Of a DNA stretch of 64,000 nucleotides, positions 11,593 to 22,639 are shown piece by piece. Numbering within the stretch: position 1 is the first letter of the stretch; each line of letters starts with the position of its first letter. A program made the position numbers and the translations under genes. Under the pieces are notes generated by a model that made no database searches, was not told the origin of the DNA, and saw only the letters and a program-made list of their open reading frames with translations. The DNA is from an uncultured Nitrospiraceae bacterium. Its GTDB lineage: Bacteria > Nitrospirota > Thermodesulfovibrionia > Thermodesulfovibrionales > Dissulfurispiraceae. The DNA lies in assembly GCA_963727805.1 (NCBI GenBank), contig CAVSHF010000005.1, positions 736,001 to 800,000 on the forward strand. The letters run 5' to 3'.

Positions 11593-11878
11593 TCATAACC
11601 TCGGTAAAATTGTGTTTATCGTACTTGTTTTATTTTAAGTATTCCGCCTGGACTCCGCAAACACTAACCTCACTGCCGGATACAGCGCCATGATATCTTC
11701 CGACCAGATATTTGCACATTGTTTCAAAAAATACTACCTTATTAAAATAAAGGGGAAATCTTACCACGTTTTCATTTACGTTATTGTAGCCTCTTTCCAG
11801 TCATGCCTTTAAAAGGGATTAACAGCGAGCGGGACTTATCCCAAACACATCATGCATCTGAATTTATTAGGAGGGAAC

Positions 11879-12358
11879 ATGGAAATTGCAATCGAAAAAG
11901 CACCGGGCGGATTCAGAGTGGATGGGCTTGAGCTCAAAGGGGGCAAGTGCGGCTGCACATCGGTGCTGCGCTGCTGCTTCAGCTGGTCCAAGGTCAAACG
12001 GAGCGGCGACATCTTCAACTTTACTGCAAAGGCGACAACGCCGGACACGAAGGAGAACTTTGCGTGGGGCTATACGGTAAAAAAAGGAGACTATACAATA
12101 GAGGTCACCTTTGATGATGCACGCGATAAAACCATCTATTCCGGGTTCTATCCACCACGGATAGAGGAGTGGACCGCCAGGGGCTGGGATATTGTAGCAA
12201 AAAACGGTAGCAGGGAAGACGGAGCGCTCTGGCGTTGTGCCGCCTGCAAATGGCTATACAAAGATGACCGTGAAGCAGTGAAGTTCGAGGGCCTTCCCAC
12301 AGACTGGACCTGCCCAGTATGCCGCGCGTCAAAGGAGGCCTTCGAAAAAGTCGGCTGA
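11879..12358 (+). CDS. Protein with a Cys-rich N-terminal domain and a C-terminal rubredoxin domain
   Basis: C-terminal WRCAACKWLY...FEGLPTDWTCPVC. Start placed at the ATG 11879 after a GGAGG SD. Confidence 0.8.
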   Translation: MEIAIEKAPGGFRVDGLELKGGKCGCTSVLRCCFSWSKVKRSGDIFNFTAKATTPDTKENFAWGYTVKKGDYTIEVTFDDARDKTIYSGFYPPRIEEWTARGWDIVAKNGSREDGALWRCAACKWLYKDDREAVKFEGLPTDWTCPVCRASKEAFEKVG

Positions 12359-12530
12359 CAGGCAGACCTATCAGTGAAATTACTCTTTTAGAGACAGAAC
12401 CCGACCTTTCAGCACTGGGAGAAGATCGATTGCTCACTGTAATCAGAAGCAAGAAGTGTTGGGCTAAATGACTATCATCGGGGATATAATAAATATTACC
12501 CGTAGCCGCTGGAATTGAACAACTTTACAA

Positions 12531-14738
12531 TCAAGATGGAGACTCGGCTAAATCTGACCAGCCAGATGGCTCCCCCTTAAGGACCTTTTCTGGCTGTATA
12601 CCGAAGACATTCTTTTTACTTATTACGATATTTCTGATTTCCTGAATTCTACGCAGCTTTTCGAGATAAGAAGAAATAATCATTGGATCTTTCTGATAAA
12701 AGGCTAACCGATAGAGCGCATTCGTTCGGTCATTTTCCACGTTGAAAATCTCAAGATTTGTGTTTTTAAATACGGAAGATATCGAATATGTAATACCGGA
12801 AACATCCTCGGTTTCTATTCTCATATAAATCAGGCCATCTATTCTAATATTTTTCATGATCGAAACTGGGAATATGCTCTCTTGATCATAATTATTAGCT
12901 ATTCTGCAATCGCGGGTATGAACGATAAACCGTGTTTCTTGAAGGACACCTTTATGATGTGAATCGCTCAGAGTAGGCACACAAAAAGGACAGAACAAAT
13001 AAGACTCATCCAAAAAATTGAGTTCCATCGGGACGTCTTTTTGACTCGAGGAAAAGATATTCCACACCTTTGAAAAAGACTCACCTTTTTTCTGTGAAGT
13101 GGGAATGAGCGCTTTGTCAATCAACTGGAGCTCGGACAAGAGTTTTTCAGTTTCCGACACACCGCGTAGTATCTCTATGACTCTTTCACTTATTTCTTTC
13201 TCCGAGGAGTATCGCTCTCGCATTTCTAACCAGAATCTCTTCGCATCTATGTGATAACGAGATAATATTGACAGCAAATATTGAGTTGCCATAGTAAAGA
13301 GAACTTCGACATGATAATTCTCAAAGTATTTTTTAAGTACCCTATGTGATTTGGGAGTGATGCACTTCTTTAGCGATTCTTCCGTAGCTGTAACGGTATT
13401 TTTTGTGTATACACACACTACATTACCATTATTCAGCTCATGTCCCAATCCTACCCGTACCCCGTCGACAACTCCATAATCCGCTCTTAAGCCTATGTCT
13501 GTATGTATTTTGAAAGCAAAGTCCAGAACGGTAGATCCTTTTTTTAGATCAACGATAGTCTTTCCATCCTTGGCAAAGACCCTCATTTCGTCTTTGTCTA
13601 TGAAAGAAATGAGTGTTTTCACATCCAGAAAGTTGCTTTCGTTAACCAAATACTCCTGAAGATGCTCCATTAATTTTTTGTTTACCGTGGTATCTTTACT
13701 GAAACCACCGTAAACCAGAATTCCTTTTCTATTGAACTCATTAAATCGTTCTGTTGTAATAAGCAATGGGATTTTAACGCCATCCACAACAACTGTATAA
13801 GAAATTCCCCGGAAGTTATTGAATTTTGGCACAGAGATATTATCTTCAATATTTCCTGCTGCTTTGTAAGTAGTATTTATAAGCCAAATAATTTTATAGG
13901 CATTCTCAATAGAGTCGACCACCAACTTGAATAATAGGACATTAGGGATTTGCATAAAACTGTAATCATCCATTTCAAGAAATGGTTTCCATTGGATTCT
14001 GATCTTTTTTATCCTGATATCATTCTCATAGCATTTCTCAAGAATAGTCATTTTAAAAGTATTCACCACAGAAGGGGCCTGTTCCTGAATTTGTAGCAGT
14101 CTCGCAGAGAAGACAGGGAATTTGATTGGGTAGAGAATTGGAGCACAGAGGCGTTCTATTTCATTTGCAATATCAGTAAGACACAGTCTTATGCATAGCT
14201 TATAGTAAATATCCATAGACTCAGTAGCAATAGCAGCCTGTTTTTCATATTTGTGAGGCTGTAATGTTCTGAGATTATGCAATCTATCAAATATTTTGAT
14301 GTAAGCAACTCTCGGATTGTTTATAGTATGCGAAAACAATTTATTGTAGGATTGATCTTTATGTGCTTTGATTTTTGTTAGGCCTTCTACGATATCTGCA
14401 ACCTCTTCTCCGAACAACCTCGAAAGTTCAAGCCTGCTGATTCCTCCATCTTCAATGACATCATGAAGAAGGCAACCATCAATTGAAATTTTATCCACCA
14501 TGCCATTTTCTGCAGCAATAAGGGCTACGGTCAAAGGATGAAATATATACGGCTCGCCACTTTTACGCCATTGATCTTTATGAGCATGAGAGGCGAATTC
14601 AATCGTCCCATTGATATCATTGTATATATCCGAATAAGTTCGCTTTTCGCCAGAAATATTATTACGCAATTCATGCTCGGTAATATTCATTACTATTTTA
14701 TCAACAAGCTTTTTCTGTAATGCAATATTTTCATCCAT
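12531..14738 (-). CDS. Long RelA/SpoT homologue: HD hydrolase, degenerate synthetase, TGS, ZFD/ACT-like tail
   Basis: RKSGEPYIFHP, LLHDVIED and DRLHNLRT are intact; TGS motif LDFAFKIHTDIG; synthetase motifs are eroded. Confidence 0.88.
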   Translation of the reverse strand: MDENIALQKKLVDKIVMNITEHELRNNISGEKRTYSDIYNDINGTIEFASHAHKDQWRKSGEPYIFHPLTVALIAAENGMVDKISIDGCLLHDVIEDGGISRLELSRLFGEEVADIVEGLTKIKAHKDQSYNKLFSHTINNPRVAYIKIFDRLHNLRTLQPHKYEKQAAIATESMDIYYKLCIRLCLTDIANEIERLCAPILYPIKFPVFSARLLQIQEQAPSVVNTFKMTILEKCYENDIRIKKIRIQWKPFLEMDDYSFMQIPNVLLFKLVVDSIENAYKIIWLINTTYKAAGNIEDNISVPKFNNFRGISYTVVVDGVKIPLLITTERFNEFNRKGILVYGGFSKDTTVNKKLMEHLQEYLVNESNFLDVKTLISFIDKDEMRVFAKDGKTIVDLKKGSTVLDFAFKIHTDIGLRADYGVVDGVRVGLGHELNNGNVVCVYTKNTVTATEESLKKCITPKSHRVLKKYFENYHVEVLFTMATQYLLSILSRYHIDAKRFWLEMRERYSSEKEISERVIEILRGVSETEKLLSELQLIDKALIPTSQKKGESFSKVWNIFSSSQKDVPMELNFLDESYLFCPFCVPTLSDSHHKGVLQETRFIVHTRDCRIANNYDQESIFPVSIMKNIRIDGLIYMRIETEDVSGITYSISSVFKNTNLEIFNVENDRTNALYRLAFYQKDPMIISSYLEKLRRIQEIRNIVISKKNVFGIQPEKVLKGEPSGWSDLAESPS

Positions 14739-15352
14739 AATCTATTTACGAAATATCGACCCCGAGTTACATAGAAACTCTCAAATGAAGCGACCAATCC
14801 TTGAACAACTCCCCACCGACCCTTTCCAAGTCTCTCGTTACTCGCTTGGCTTCACTTTGCCCTAATGACACGAATGCTTATTGCAGATAGTTCTTTAAGC
14901 AAATTAACAACCCATAGGCCAGTTGCATCTTTCTATAAGATAACATAACAGATTGACACAGTGTGTTTTTTTTGTCTGAGTCGGAACTTCGTATTACTTT
15001 GACAAGCACTATTCCTATGAACCTTTTACATCCAAAGTTTTGATCCGGTTTTATAGGCTATAGTAGTAACGTATAAAGAGCATACGGCAAGGCTGCCTGA
15101 TTCCCCCCAGAGTCAATTTTTTTTACCGGAATATTGCAGACTATTGGAGAAGTAGAAGCCATTTTAAAGAGTGCGAAGTCGAGGACAAAAGATGATGTGC
15201 CAGATGAAATAAGAGCTACTTTCCAATGCGATAACTTGCTTGCCGATTAAAAGCCGTGTAATATTTTATTGGCGGACAATGAAATAGCTCCTATTCTTTG
15301 TTATGAACTAACTACTATTTAAAACTGCTCAAAGGTTAAATGAGGAGGAAGT

Positions 15353-15868
15353 ATGAAGAAGCTAATTTATTTCGCTACGATCTGGCTGGTGCTTTTCATC
15401 GTTGACTCATCAATCCAGTCACAAGCTCAAGAAGCTGAAGGATACACTTTTATAAGAGGTGCGATGGGACCGCAAGTTTGCTTGGGCAGATATATACCGC
15501 CAACAGCAGATAATGTTTCTGGTGTGTGCGAAGGTCAAGTGTTGGATGTTCTTCAGTTCAACGCCATTTCAACTAAATTAAGTGCTGACAGGCTTGATCA
15601 GGCAATCCAAGTTCTTGAAGCGATTGATAATAAACTGGCGGCAAACAACTATAGAATAGATCGTCTTATAGAGGTAACTGTTGCTACCCAAGCCTCTTTC
15701 GATAAGCAGAACCGAGAGCTGAGCCAGACGCTCGAAAAAAGATTTGATGCCATACCTGAGGCATTACTGGCTAACGATTTGTTTAAACGAGAGCTCACCA
15801 AGCTGAAGGCGGATATATTAGGAGAGGTCGAAAGGCGCAATCAACCTCTGGCACCCGCAGCGAAATAA
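15353..15868 (+). CDS. Hypothetical exported protein (signal peptide, two Cys, helical C-terminal part)
   Basis: GAGGAGG SD; MKK plus hydrophobic stretch plus AQEA-type cleavage site. Confidence 0.75.
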   Translation: MKKLIYFATIWLVLFIVDSSIQSQAQEAEGYTFIRGAMGPQVCLGRYIPPTADNVSGVCEGQVLDVLQFNAISTKLSADRLDQAIQVLEAIDNKLAANNYRIDRLIEVTVATQASFDKQNRELSQTLEKRFDAIPEALLANDLFKRELTKLKADILGEVERRNQPLAPAAK

Positions 15869-16043
15869 TCTGCCTCGGGATCGAGCTGTATATTGCTTTA
15901 ATGAGTTGCCATTTCTGGAGAAAAGTCCGTACTATTTTGCAGTGAACTATTTTTCCAGATTTCATGCTGTTATCTTTTTCACCCGTCCAGTCGACCGCGG
16001 CGCAATTATTGACTTTCGACGCCCCATCTATTAACTTACATAT

Positions 16044-17021
16044 ATGCTTTCATATATCGCAAAGCGTCTGCTGTTAATGGTCCCTCTCATCTTCGGCATC
16101 ACCCTCATCAGTTTCACCGTTATCCATCTTGCACCGGGAGGACCAGTGGAAGTAGAGACCCAAATGTCGCTCAAAGTATCGGCCCAGGCACGGGAGAACT
16201 TAAAGAAACTTTATGGGCTCGACAAACCTCTCCATGTCCAATATGCAGACTGGCTCGTTAGGTTCGTGAAGCTTGACTTCGGCAAGTCCTTTGTTGACGG
16301 CAACAAGGTGATCGATAAGATTACAGAACGGATCCCTATCACGATTACCATTAATATCCTCTCGCTGATCGTCACGTTTTGCATTGCAGTGCCAATTGGG
16401 GTGCTCTCCGCAACGCGCCAGTTTCCAATTTTCGACAAGTTGACTACCATCTTTGTTTTCATCGGCTTTTCGACACCTCATTTCTGGCTTGCCCTTATAT
16501 GCATGATCGTTTTTGGTGTCACCCTTGGCTGGCTGCCGATCTCCGGCATCCAGAGCATCGACGTTTCGGGCATGAGCTTTCTCGAGAGGCTTGCGGACTG
16601 GACGAGACACCTTATCCTGCCGGTTGGGATCAGTGCCTTCGGTGCCATTGCCGGCTTGAGCCGTTACAGCCGTTCGAGCATGCTTGAGGTCATCAGGCAG
16701 GACTATATCAGGACTGCGAGAGCCAAGGGGTTAAAGGAAGCACAGGTGATCGTACGGCATGCACTGAGAAATGCGCTCATGCCGGTTGTGACAATCCTCG
16801 GTCTTTCTGTTCCTGGCCTTATTGGCGGCGCGGTCATCTTTGAGACGATCTTCTCAATCCCCGGCATGGGCCAACTCTTCTACCAGTCGACAATGTCAAG
16901 AGACTACCCGACAATCATGGGCATCCTCGTGATAGGTGCGGTACTCACTCTCATCGGCAACCTCGCCGCCGACATCTCATATGCTCTGGTCGATCCGAGG
17001 GTCAGAATAGGCAAGGAATAA
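16044..17021 (+). CDS. Peptide/nickel ABC transporter permease (OppB/DppB-like)
   Basis: [26 protein letters not shown]. Confidence 0.92.
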   Translation: MLSYIAKRLLLMVPLIFGITLISFTVIHLAPGGPVEVETQMSLKVSAQARENLKKLYGLDKPLHVQYADWLVRFVKLDFGKSFVDGNKVIDKITERIPITITINILSLIVTFCIAVPIGVLSATRQFPIFDKLTTIFVFIGFSTPHFWLALICMIVFGVTLGWLPISGIQSIDVSGMSFLERLADWTRHLILPVGISAFGAIAGLSRYSRSSMLEVIRQDYIRTARAKGLKEAQVIVRHALRNALMPVVTILGLSVPGLIGGAVIFETIFSIPGMGQLFYQSTMSRDYPTIMGILVIGAVLTLIGNLAADISYALVDPRVRIGKE

Positions 17022-17023
17022 AG

Positions 17024-17866
17024 ATGATCGAAATTATCTGGGATCGATATAAAAAGAACCACCTTGCCATCGCCGGTCTCTTCGTTATTCTGACCATTGC
17101 GACAATAGCAGTATCCGCTCCGCTGATCGCCCCTTACAATCCTACCGCGATAGATGTATACAACGTCCTTTCCGCGCCGGGGACCGATCATCTCCTCGGC
17201 ACCGACGAACTGGGACGTGATGTCCTCTCTCGTATGATCTGGGGCAGCCGAGTTTCTCTCAAGGTAGGATTTGTTGCGGTCGGCATCGCGATATCAATCG
17301 GCATCATGATCGGGGCTCTCTCGGGTTTCTACGGAGGGAAACCCGATGCAGTCCTTATGAGGTTCGTTGACATCATGCTCGCCTTCCCAACTTTTTTCCT
17401 TATCCTTGCCGTCATTGCTATTGTTGAGCCGAGTATCTCAACTATTATGATTGTCATCGGATTTACCAGTTGGATGGATGTGTCGCGGCTCGTTAGGTCT
17501 GAGATACTGGGCCTTAAGGAGAGGGATTTCGTGCTTGCGGCAAAGGCGATCGGAGCGAGCGACTTCAGGGTGATCTTCAGGCATATCCTTCCCAATGCGC
17601 TTTCACCGGTTTTTGTATCTGCGACTTTTGGGGTGGCGGGTGCTATACTTGTCGAATCCGGGCTCTCTTTCCTTGGGCTCGGTGTTCAGCCTCCCGATCC
17701 GAGCTGGGGCAATATCCTGACCTCCGGGAAAGATTATATCACCGTCGCGTGGTGGCTCTCACTCTATCCGGGACTTGCAATTCTGATCACCGTGCTCAGC
17801 TATAATCTCGTAGGCGAAGGGCTGCGCGACGCCCTAGACCCGCGGCTCTGGCGTTCGGGGAATTAG
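17024..17866 (+). CDS. Peptide/nickel ABC transporter permease (OppC/DppC-like)
   Basis: HLLGTDELGRDVLSR, HILPN, ESGLSFLGLG, GEGLRDALDP. Confidence 0.92.
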   Translation: MIEIIWDRYKKNHLAIAGLFVILTIATIAVSAPLIAPYNPTAIDVYNVLSAPGTDHLLGTDELGRDVLSRMIWGSRVSLKVGFVAVGIAISIGIMIGALSGFYGGKPDAVLMRFVDIMLAFPTFFLILAVIAIVEPSISTIMIVIGFTSWMDVSRLVRSEILGLKERDFVLAAKAIGASDFRVIFRHILPNALSPVFVSATFGVAGAILVESGLSFLGLGVQPPDPSWGNILTSGKDYITVAWWLSLYPGLAILITVLSYNLVGEGLRDALDPRLWRSGN

Positions 17867-17868
17867 CC

Positions 17869-20670
17869 ATGAGAGACCTCTCGTATCTGCCTGATCCTGA
17901 AAGGGCGGGCAAGAATATCGATACATTTCTCTCGGATCATCCCGAATTGCGGTCTCGTGTAGACGAATATTTCGACAGTATTACCGCGCTTTTTTCCCAC
18001 AGCCAGTTTCTTGCGAATTATTGCACACAGTATCCCGATCGACTTTTCAATGCGCTCGAATGTCTTCATGAGGCTCTTGATACCCATAAGTATACCGCTG
18101 AATTGCATGAAGAGCTACAGTCGTGCTCTGCGCTGAACGAAGGAATGAAGGCCATCCGGCGCTTCCGCAAGGACAAACAGATTATCGTTACCCTTAAGGA
18201 CATATTGCATCTTGCCGATCTTCCGGACATCATGCTCGACATGAGCAATCTGGCAGATATCATACTCAGGGAGTCGCTTCATTTTGTAGAATTTTTTCTT
18301 GACCAGCGGTATGGAAAGCCTGACGGCAACTCACTCTCCCTGATCAGCCTAGGCAAGCTCGGGGCGCAGGAACTCAATTACAGCTCTGACGTAGACATCA
18401 TCTTCGTTTACCGTGACGAGGGAGAGACCTCCGGCGTCTCCTCGATTCCCGGCATTACAATAAACAGGGTATCGGCTTTCGAGTATTACGTCAAACTTGT
18501 GGAGGAGTTCACAAGGTTCGTTTCTTCAAACACCGAAGACGGATTCGCTTACCGGGTCGACCTAAGGCTACGGCCCGAAGGCCAGCGCGGCAGACTAGCT
18601 CTCTCTCTGCGGGGATATGAAGACTATTATGAGTCATGGGGCCAGTTATGGGAAAAGGCCGCTCTTTTGAGAGCGCGCCCGGTGGCGGGCGATAACGCTC
18701 TTGGCAGAGAATTCCTCTTGACCATCTTGCCATTCATCTACCGGAAGTATCTCGACCTTGATACCATCGACGAGATAAAACGCATGAAGGCCCAGGTAGA
18801 GCAACTGAAAACCAAGACCTTCAGCAGGGACATCAAGCGCGGGTTTGGGGGAATACGTGAGATCGAATTCTTCATCCAGATTTTCCAGCTCATGTATGGA
18901 GGGAAGGAGCCTATCCTGCGCGAAAGAAGTACGCTCAAAGCCTTGCACCGCCTTGTACAAAAAGGCCTGATCGGATATGATGACCTCCACCACCTTTCAG
19001 ACAATTATCTTTTCCTTCGGACTTTAGAACACCGGCTCCAGCAGATGAACGACCTGCAGACCCATAGTCTTCCTTCAGGAGAGAAGGAGCTGGAGGTACT
19101 CGGAAGGAAGATGGGATATGCAGGCCGCAAAGATTTCCTCTCCGAACTCGAGAAAAGGAGAAAGAAGGTCCGCTCAATCTACGATTCGCTCTTCCAGGGC
19201 CGTGATGTATTGGTATCAGAAGAAGGGACAAGCGAAGACATTCTCAGCCGTATCTTCTGGGATGTTGAAATGCCCATCAAGCAGCCCCTTGAAGAAGCAC
19301 TCTCAAAACGCGGCGTAAAAGACATAGGAAAGGCAATCCACTATCTTATGCAGATCCGCAGCAACATATATTCCTTCCAAACGATCAGGGGACGGCGGCT
19401 ACTGGAGGAGATCGTGCCGAAATTTGTCGAAAAAACCCTCGATGGCGACAATCCTGATGCGGCGTTGCTCCAACTTGTCGGCTTTTCGAGCCTTCTTGCA
19501 GCGCACGAGTCCTATCTAGAAGCCCTTCTCCGGCGGCCGGAGATGTTCGATATGTACACCTTCGTCTTCTCACATAGCGACTATCTCTCGAAGATACTCA
19601 TGAGTAACCCTGAGTATATGGAATCACTCGTTCAGTGCACTGTCAAAAGAAAGTCACTGGCGGCTTCAAAGAAGGAACTCGACCTCTTCATCGACCGGAA
19701 GGGCGAGTCCACAGCTATCAGGCTTTTCAGGAGGCTGGAAGAGATTAGGCTGGGCATCCTGTTCCTGAACAGAGAGATAGACGTTGTCCGTCTGATGAAA
19801 GGTGTCAGCACCGTAGCCGAAGCTGTGCTCTCGACCCTTACCACCCATCACTCGATGGGATTGATCATCGCAGGATTCGGCAAGCTCGGTGGCAGGGAGA
19901 TCATTTTCAACTCCGATCTAGACATAGTCTTTATCACGCTGAATGACCCGGAGGTCAAAGACATAAAGGACGCAGAGAATCTCCTTAAGCTTTTAATGTC
20001 ATATACAAAGGCGGGTGTCGCCTATAAAGTCGACACCCGCCTCAGACCCGACGGAAGCAAAGGGCCACTGGTCAGCTCTATTAAAGGGGTCGCCGATTAC
20101 TATCTCAAAAACGCCCAGACATGGGAACTCCAGGCCTTGCTCAAAGCCCGGCCGGTCAGCGGTGATGCCAGGACAAGCCACTTATTTGTAGAGATGAGGA
20201 AGGAAGTCCTGATGAAAAGAGCGAGCGAGATAGCTATTCGCGATATCAAACATATGCGCGAGAGAATCCGCAGGGAGCTTTCGAAGGATGCGATTTCTGC
20301 AGGAATTCATGATATCAAGCTGGGGGCTGGCGGTATAGGGGAACTCGAATTCGCGGTGCAGTACCTGCAGCTCAGGAATTGCAACCTAAGTCCCATGCTT
20401 ATTGTCCAAGGGTCGCTCAATGCCATCCGTCGCCTTGGCGAATTAGGCATTCTCTCTCCGCTCGATGCCGCAGCGCTGAAAGAAACTTATCTCTTTTACA
20501 GAACCATCGAGACGGTGCTCAGATTGCGAAACGAAACAGTCCTCAAGGAGGGAAGCGATACCGCACGCAGTGCTGCGAGGTTGATGGACCTGACCGAAGA
20601 GAGGTTGAGTGAAATCCTAGATCAGAAACGAAAATGGGTGGGAGCCTTCATGGAGAAAATCGGGGATTAA
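17869..20670 (+). CDS. glnE: Bifunctional glutamine synthetase adenylyltransferase/adenylyl-removing enzyme
   Basis: Two nucleotidyltransferase repeats, LGKLGAQELNYSSDVD and FGKLGGREIIFNSDLD; VDLRLRPEG and VDTRLRPDG; DIKRGFGGIREIEF. Confidence 0.92.
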   Translation: MRDLSYLPDPERAGKNIDTFLSDHPELRSRVDEYFDSITALFSHSQFLANYCTQYPDRLFNALECLHEALDTHKYTAELHEELQSCSALNEGMKAIRRFRKDKQIIVTLKDILHLADLPDIMLDMSNLADIILRESLHFVEFFLDQRYGKPDGNSLSLISLGKLGAQELNYSSDVDIIFVYRDEGETSGVSSIPGITINRVSAFEYYVKLVEEFTRFVSSNTEDGFAYRVDLRLRPEGQRGRLALSLRGYEDYYESWGQLWEKAALLRARPVAGDNALGREFLLTILPFIYRKYLDLDTIDEIKRMKAQVEQLKTKTFSRDIKRGFGGIREIEFFIQIFQLMYGGKEPILRERSTLKALHRLVQKGLIGYDDLHHLSDNYLFLRTLEHRLQQMNDLQTHSLPSGEKELEVLGRKMGYAGRKDFLSELEKRRKKVRSIYDSLFQGRDVLVSEEGTSEDILSRIFWDVEMPIKQPLEEALSKRGVKDIGKAIHYLMQIRSNIYSFQTIRGRRLLEEIVPKFVEKTLDGDNPDAALLQLVGFSSLLAAHESYLEALLRRPEMFDMYTFVFSHSDYLSKILMSNPEYMESLVQCTVKRKSLAASKKELDLFIDRKGESTAIRLFRRLEEIRLGILFLNREIDVVRLMKGVSTVAEAVLSTLTTHHSMGLIIAGFGKLGGREIIFNSDLDIVFITLNDPEVKDIKDAENLLKLLMSYTKAGVAYKVDTRLRPDGSKGPLVSSIKGVADYYLKNAQTWELQALLKARPVSGDARTSHLFVEMRKEVLMKRASEIAIRDIKHMRERIRRELSKDAISAGIHDIKLGAGGIGELEFAVQYLQLRNCNLSPMLIVQGSLNAIRRLGELGILSPLDAAALKETYLFYRTIETVLRLRNETVLKEGSDTARSAARLMDLTEERLSEILDQKRKWVGAFMEKIGD

Positions 20671-20671
20671 A

Positions 20672-22159
20672 TTGTCGGCAGACCCACTATTTCAGATAGA
20701 AGAAGCGACGATCGAGGGCATTCATGCAGCAATGCAGCAAGGCCTGCTAACAGCACGCCAGCTTGTCGAAATGTATCTTGCTCGGATAGCGGAGTATGAT
20801 AAAAAAGGTCCTGCTATCAACTCCATCATCACAGTCAATCCGAAAGCCATAGAAGAAGCTGATACTCTTGATAGGAGATTCAGGGAATCCGGCATCACCG
20901 GATCTCTCCACGGCATCTGTGTTCTTCTAAAAGACAATATTGAAACGTATGATATGACGACGACCGCCGGGTCCTCAAGTCTTAAGGGCTATTGGCCGGC
21001 CAACGACGCACCGGTGGCAAGAAAGCTACGTGAGGCAGGTGCAATCATGCTGGCCAAGACAAATCTTCACGAGTTTGCCCTTTGGGGAGAAACCCTAAGT
21101 TCCATCCTCGGGCAGACATTGAATCCTTACGACCTGACCAGAACTCCGGGGGGATCGAGCGGAGGTACCGGGGCATCGATAGCGGCCAATTTCGGCACCG
21201 TCGGTGTTGGAACCGACACGGTCAACTCAGTCCGATCCCCCGCAAGTGCATGCAACCTCGTGGGGATCAGACCGACCATCGGGCTTATATCAAGAAACGG
21301 CATAATCCCATATTCGCTCACGCAGGATACCGCGGGCCCGATTGCAAGGAGTGTCCCTGATGCAGCACGCTTGCTCTACCTTATGGCCGGTTATGATCCG
21401 GGTGACCCCATTACTGCCTGGAGCACAGGGAATATCCCGGATAACTATGAATCATTCCTCGCAAAAGACGCACTGGCCGGGGCGCGGATTGGGGTTCTTG
21501 AAAGCTTCTTCGGCACTGGCCCTGAACATGCGGAGGTAAACAAAGTCATACGGACGTCGATCGATATAATGAAAGAGAAAGGTGCGGGTATCTTTTCGAT
21601 TAACGCTCCACTAGACGCCGACAGAATTCTCGCCGAAGTGAGCGTTCATCGTTATGAACTGAGGGAACATTTGACCCAATACCTACAAAACGCCAATCCT
21701 CCGGCCCCAGTAAAATCACTGGGAGATATACTTTCATGGGGTAAATACCATTCGAACAATGAGCCGGATATTCGAAAAGCAATGAGTCTGAGCGTTACCG
21801 ACAGAGCGTATTATGAACGGGTGATCCGGCGGATTCTCCTTCAGGAATCATATCTGAAGATCATGGCTGACAACGCGCTCGATTCAATAATTTTTCCCCA
21901 TCAAAAGAGATTAGTTGTTCCGAGAGGTCAGACGCAAGTGGACAGAAACGGAGTCTTGACCGCAGTCGTGGGGTTCCCCTCGATCGTCGTTCCCGCCGGA
22001 TTTTCCATCCCCACTGAAACCGCCCCACTCGGCGTGCCGGTAGGAATTGAGTTCGCAGGCCGTCCCTGGAGCGAACCGCTTTTAATCGGGCTGGCGTATT
22101 CCTTTGAACAGGCCACGAAGTTTCGCCATCCGCCAATAAGCAACAGGTTTGTCGTCTGA
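20672..22159 (+). CDS. Amidase-signature family enzyme
   Basis: LKDNI, KTNLHEFA, TPGGSSGG, GTDTVNSVRSP; TTG start. Confidence 0.9.
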   Translation: MSADPLFQIEEATIEGIHAAMQQGLLTARQLVEMYLARIAEYDKKGPAINSIITVNPKAIEEADTLDRRFRESGITGSLHGICVLLKDNIETYDMTTTAGSSSLKGYWPANDAPVARKLREAGAIMLAKTNLHEFALWGETLSSILGQTLNPYDLTRTPGGSSGGTGASIAANFGTVGVGTDTVNSVRSPASACNLVGIRPTIGLISRNGIIPYSLTQDTAGPIARSVPDAARLLYLMAGYDPGDPITAWSTGNIPDNYESFLAKDALAGARIGVLESFFGTGPEHAEVNKVIRTSIDIMKEKGAGIFSINAPLDADRILAEVSVHRYELREHLTQYLQNANPPAPVKSLGDILSWGKYHSNNEPDIRKAMSLSVTDRAYYERVIRRILLQESYLKIMADNALDSIIFPHQKRLVVPRGQTQVDRNGVLTAVVGFPSIVVPAGFSIPTETAPLGVPVGIEFAGRPWSEPLLIGLAYSFEQATKFRHPPISNRFVV

Positions 22160-22639
22160 TCTATTCCTGCCGCCTGCTCCAAGTCAAGACAACCATAATC
22201 AACAATATTCCGACTTGGACTTGTGCCGATAGCCCCACATGCAAGTCCGAGGGATTTACGATTCTTGTTATGTTGGATTCTCTTTCAGATCACATTCACG
22301 CTCCATAGACAGAGCGACAAAAAACAAGTGAGAGATTCATTTGCGAATTCCATTTTTTCTGTTATGGGGTCGATTTGCCACATACCAAGGAAGTCATAGA
22401 TAAAAGCTCATCAAAGGTGCGTTTAAGTCTTTCCGGCTAGTCCGCAATCCTCCTTAAAAAAGATTCCGGACCAGTGAGAATAACTACCAAGTAGCCTTAC
22501 CTATGACTGTGCAGGAATAGTTCGATGCTGTGATGTTCTAGATATTTTCCAGTGCGCTTTTACAATTTTTACTCGGAGAATTTCAATTATAGTATGTATC
22601 CTGTCTGCAAACGCCTGCAGCCTATCGCTCGGGCTGGAT

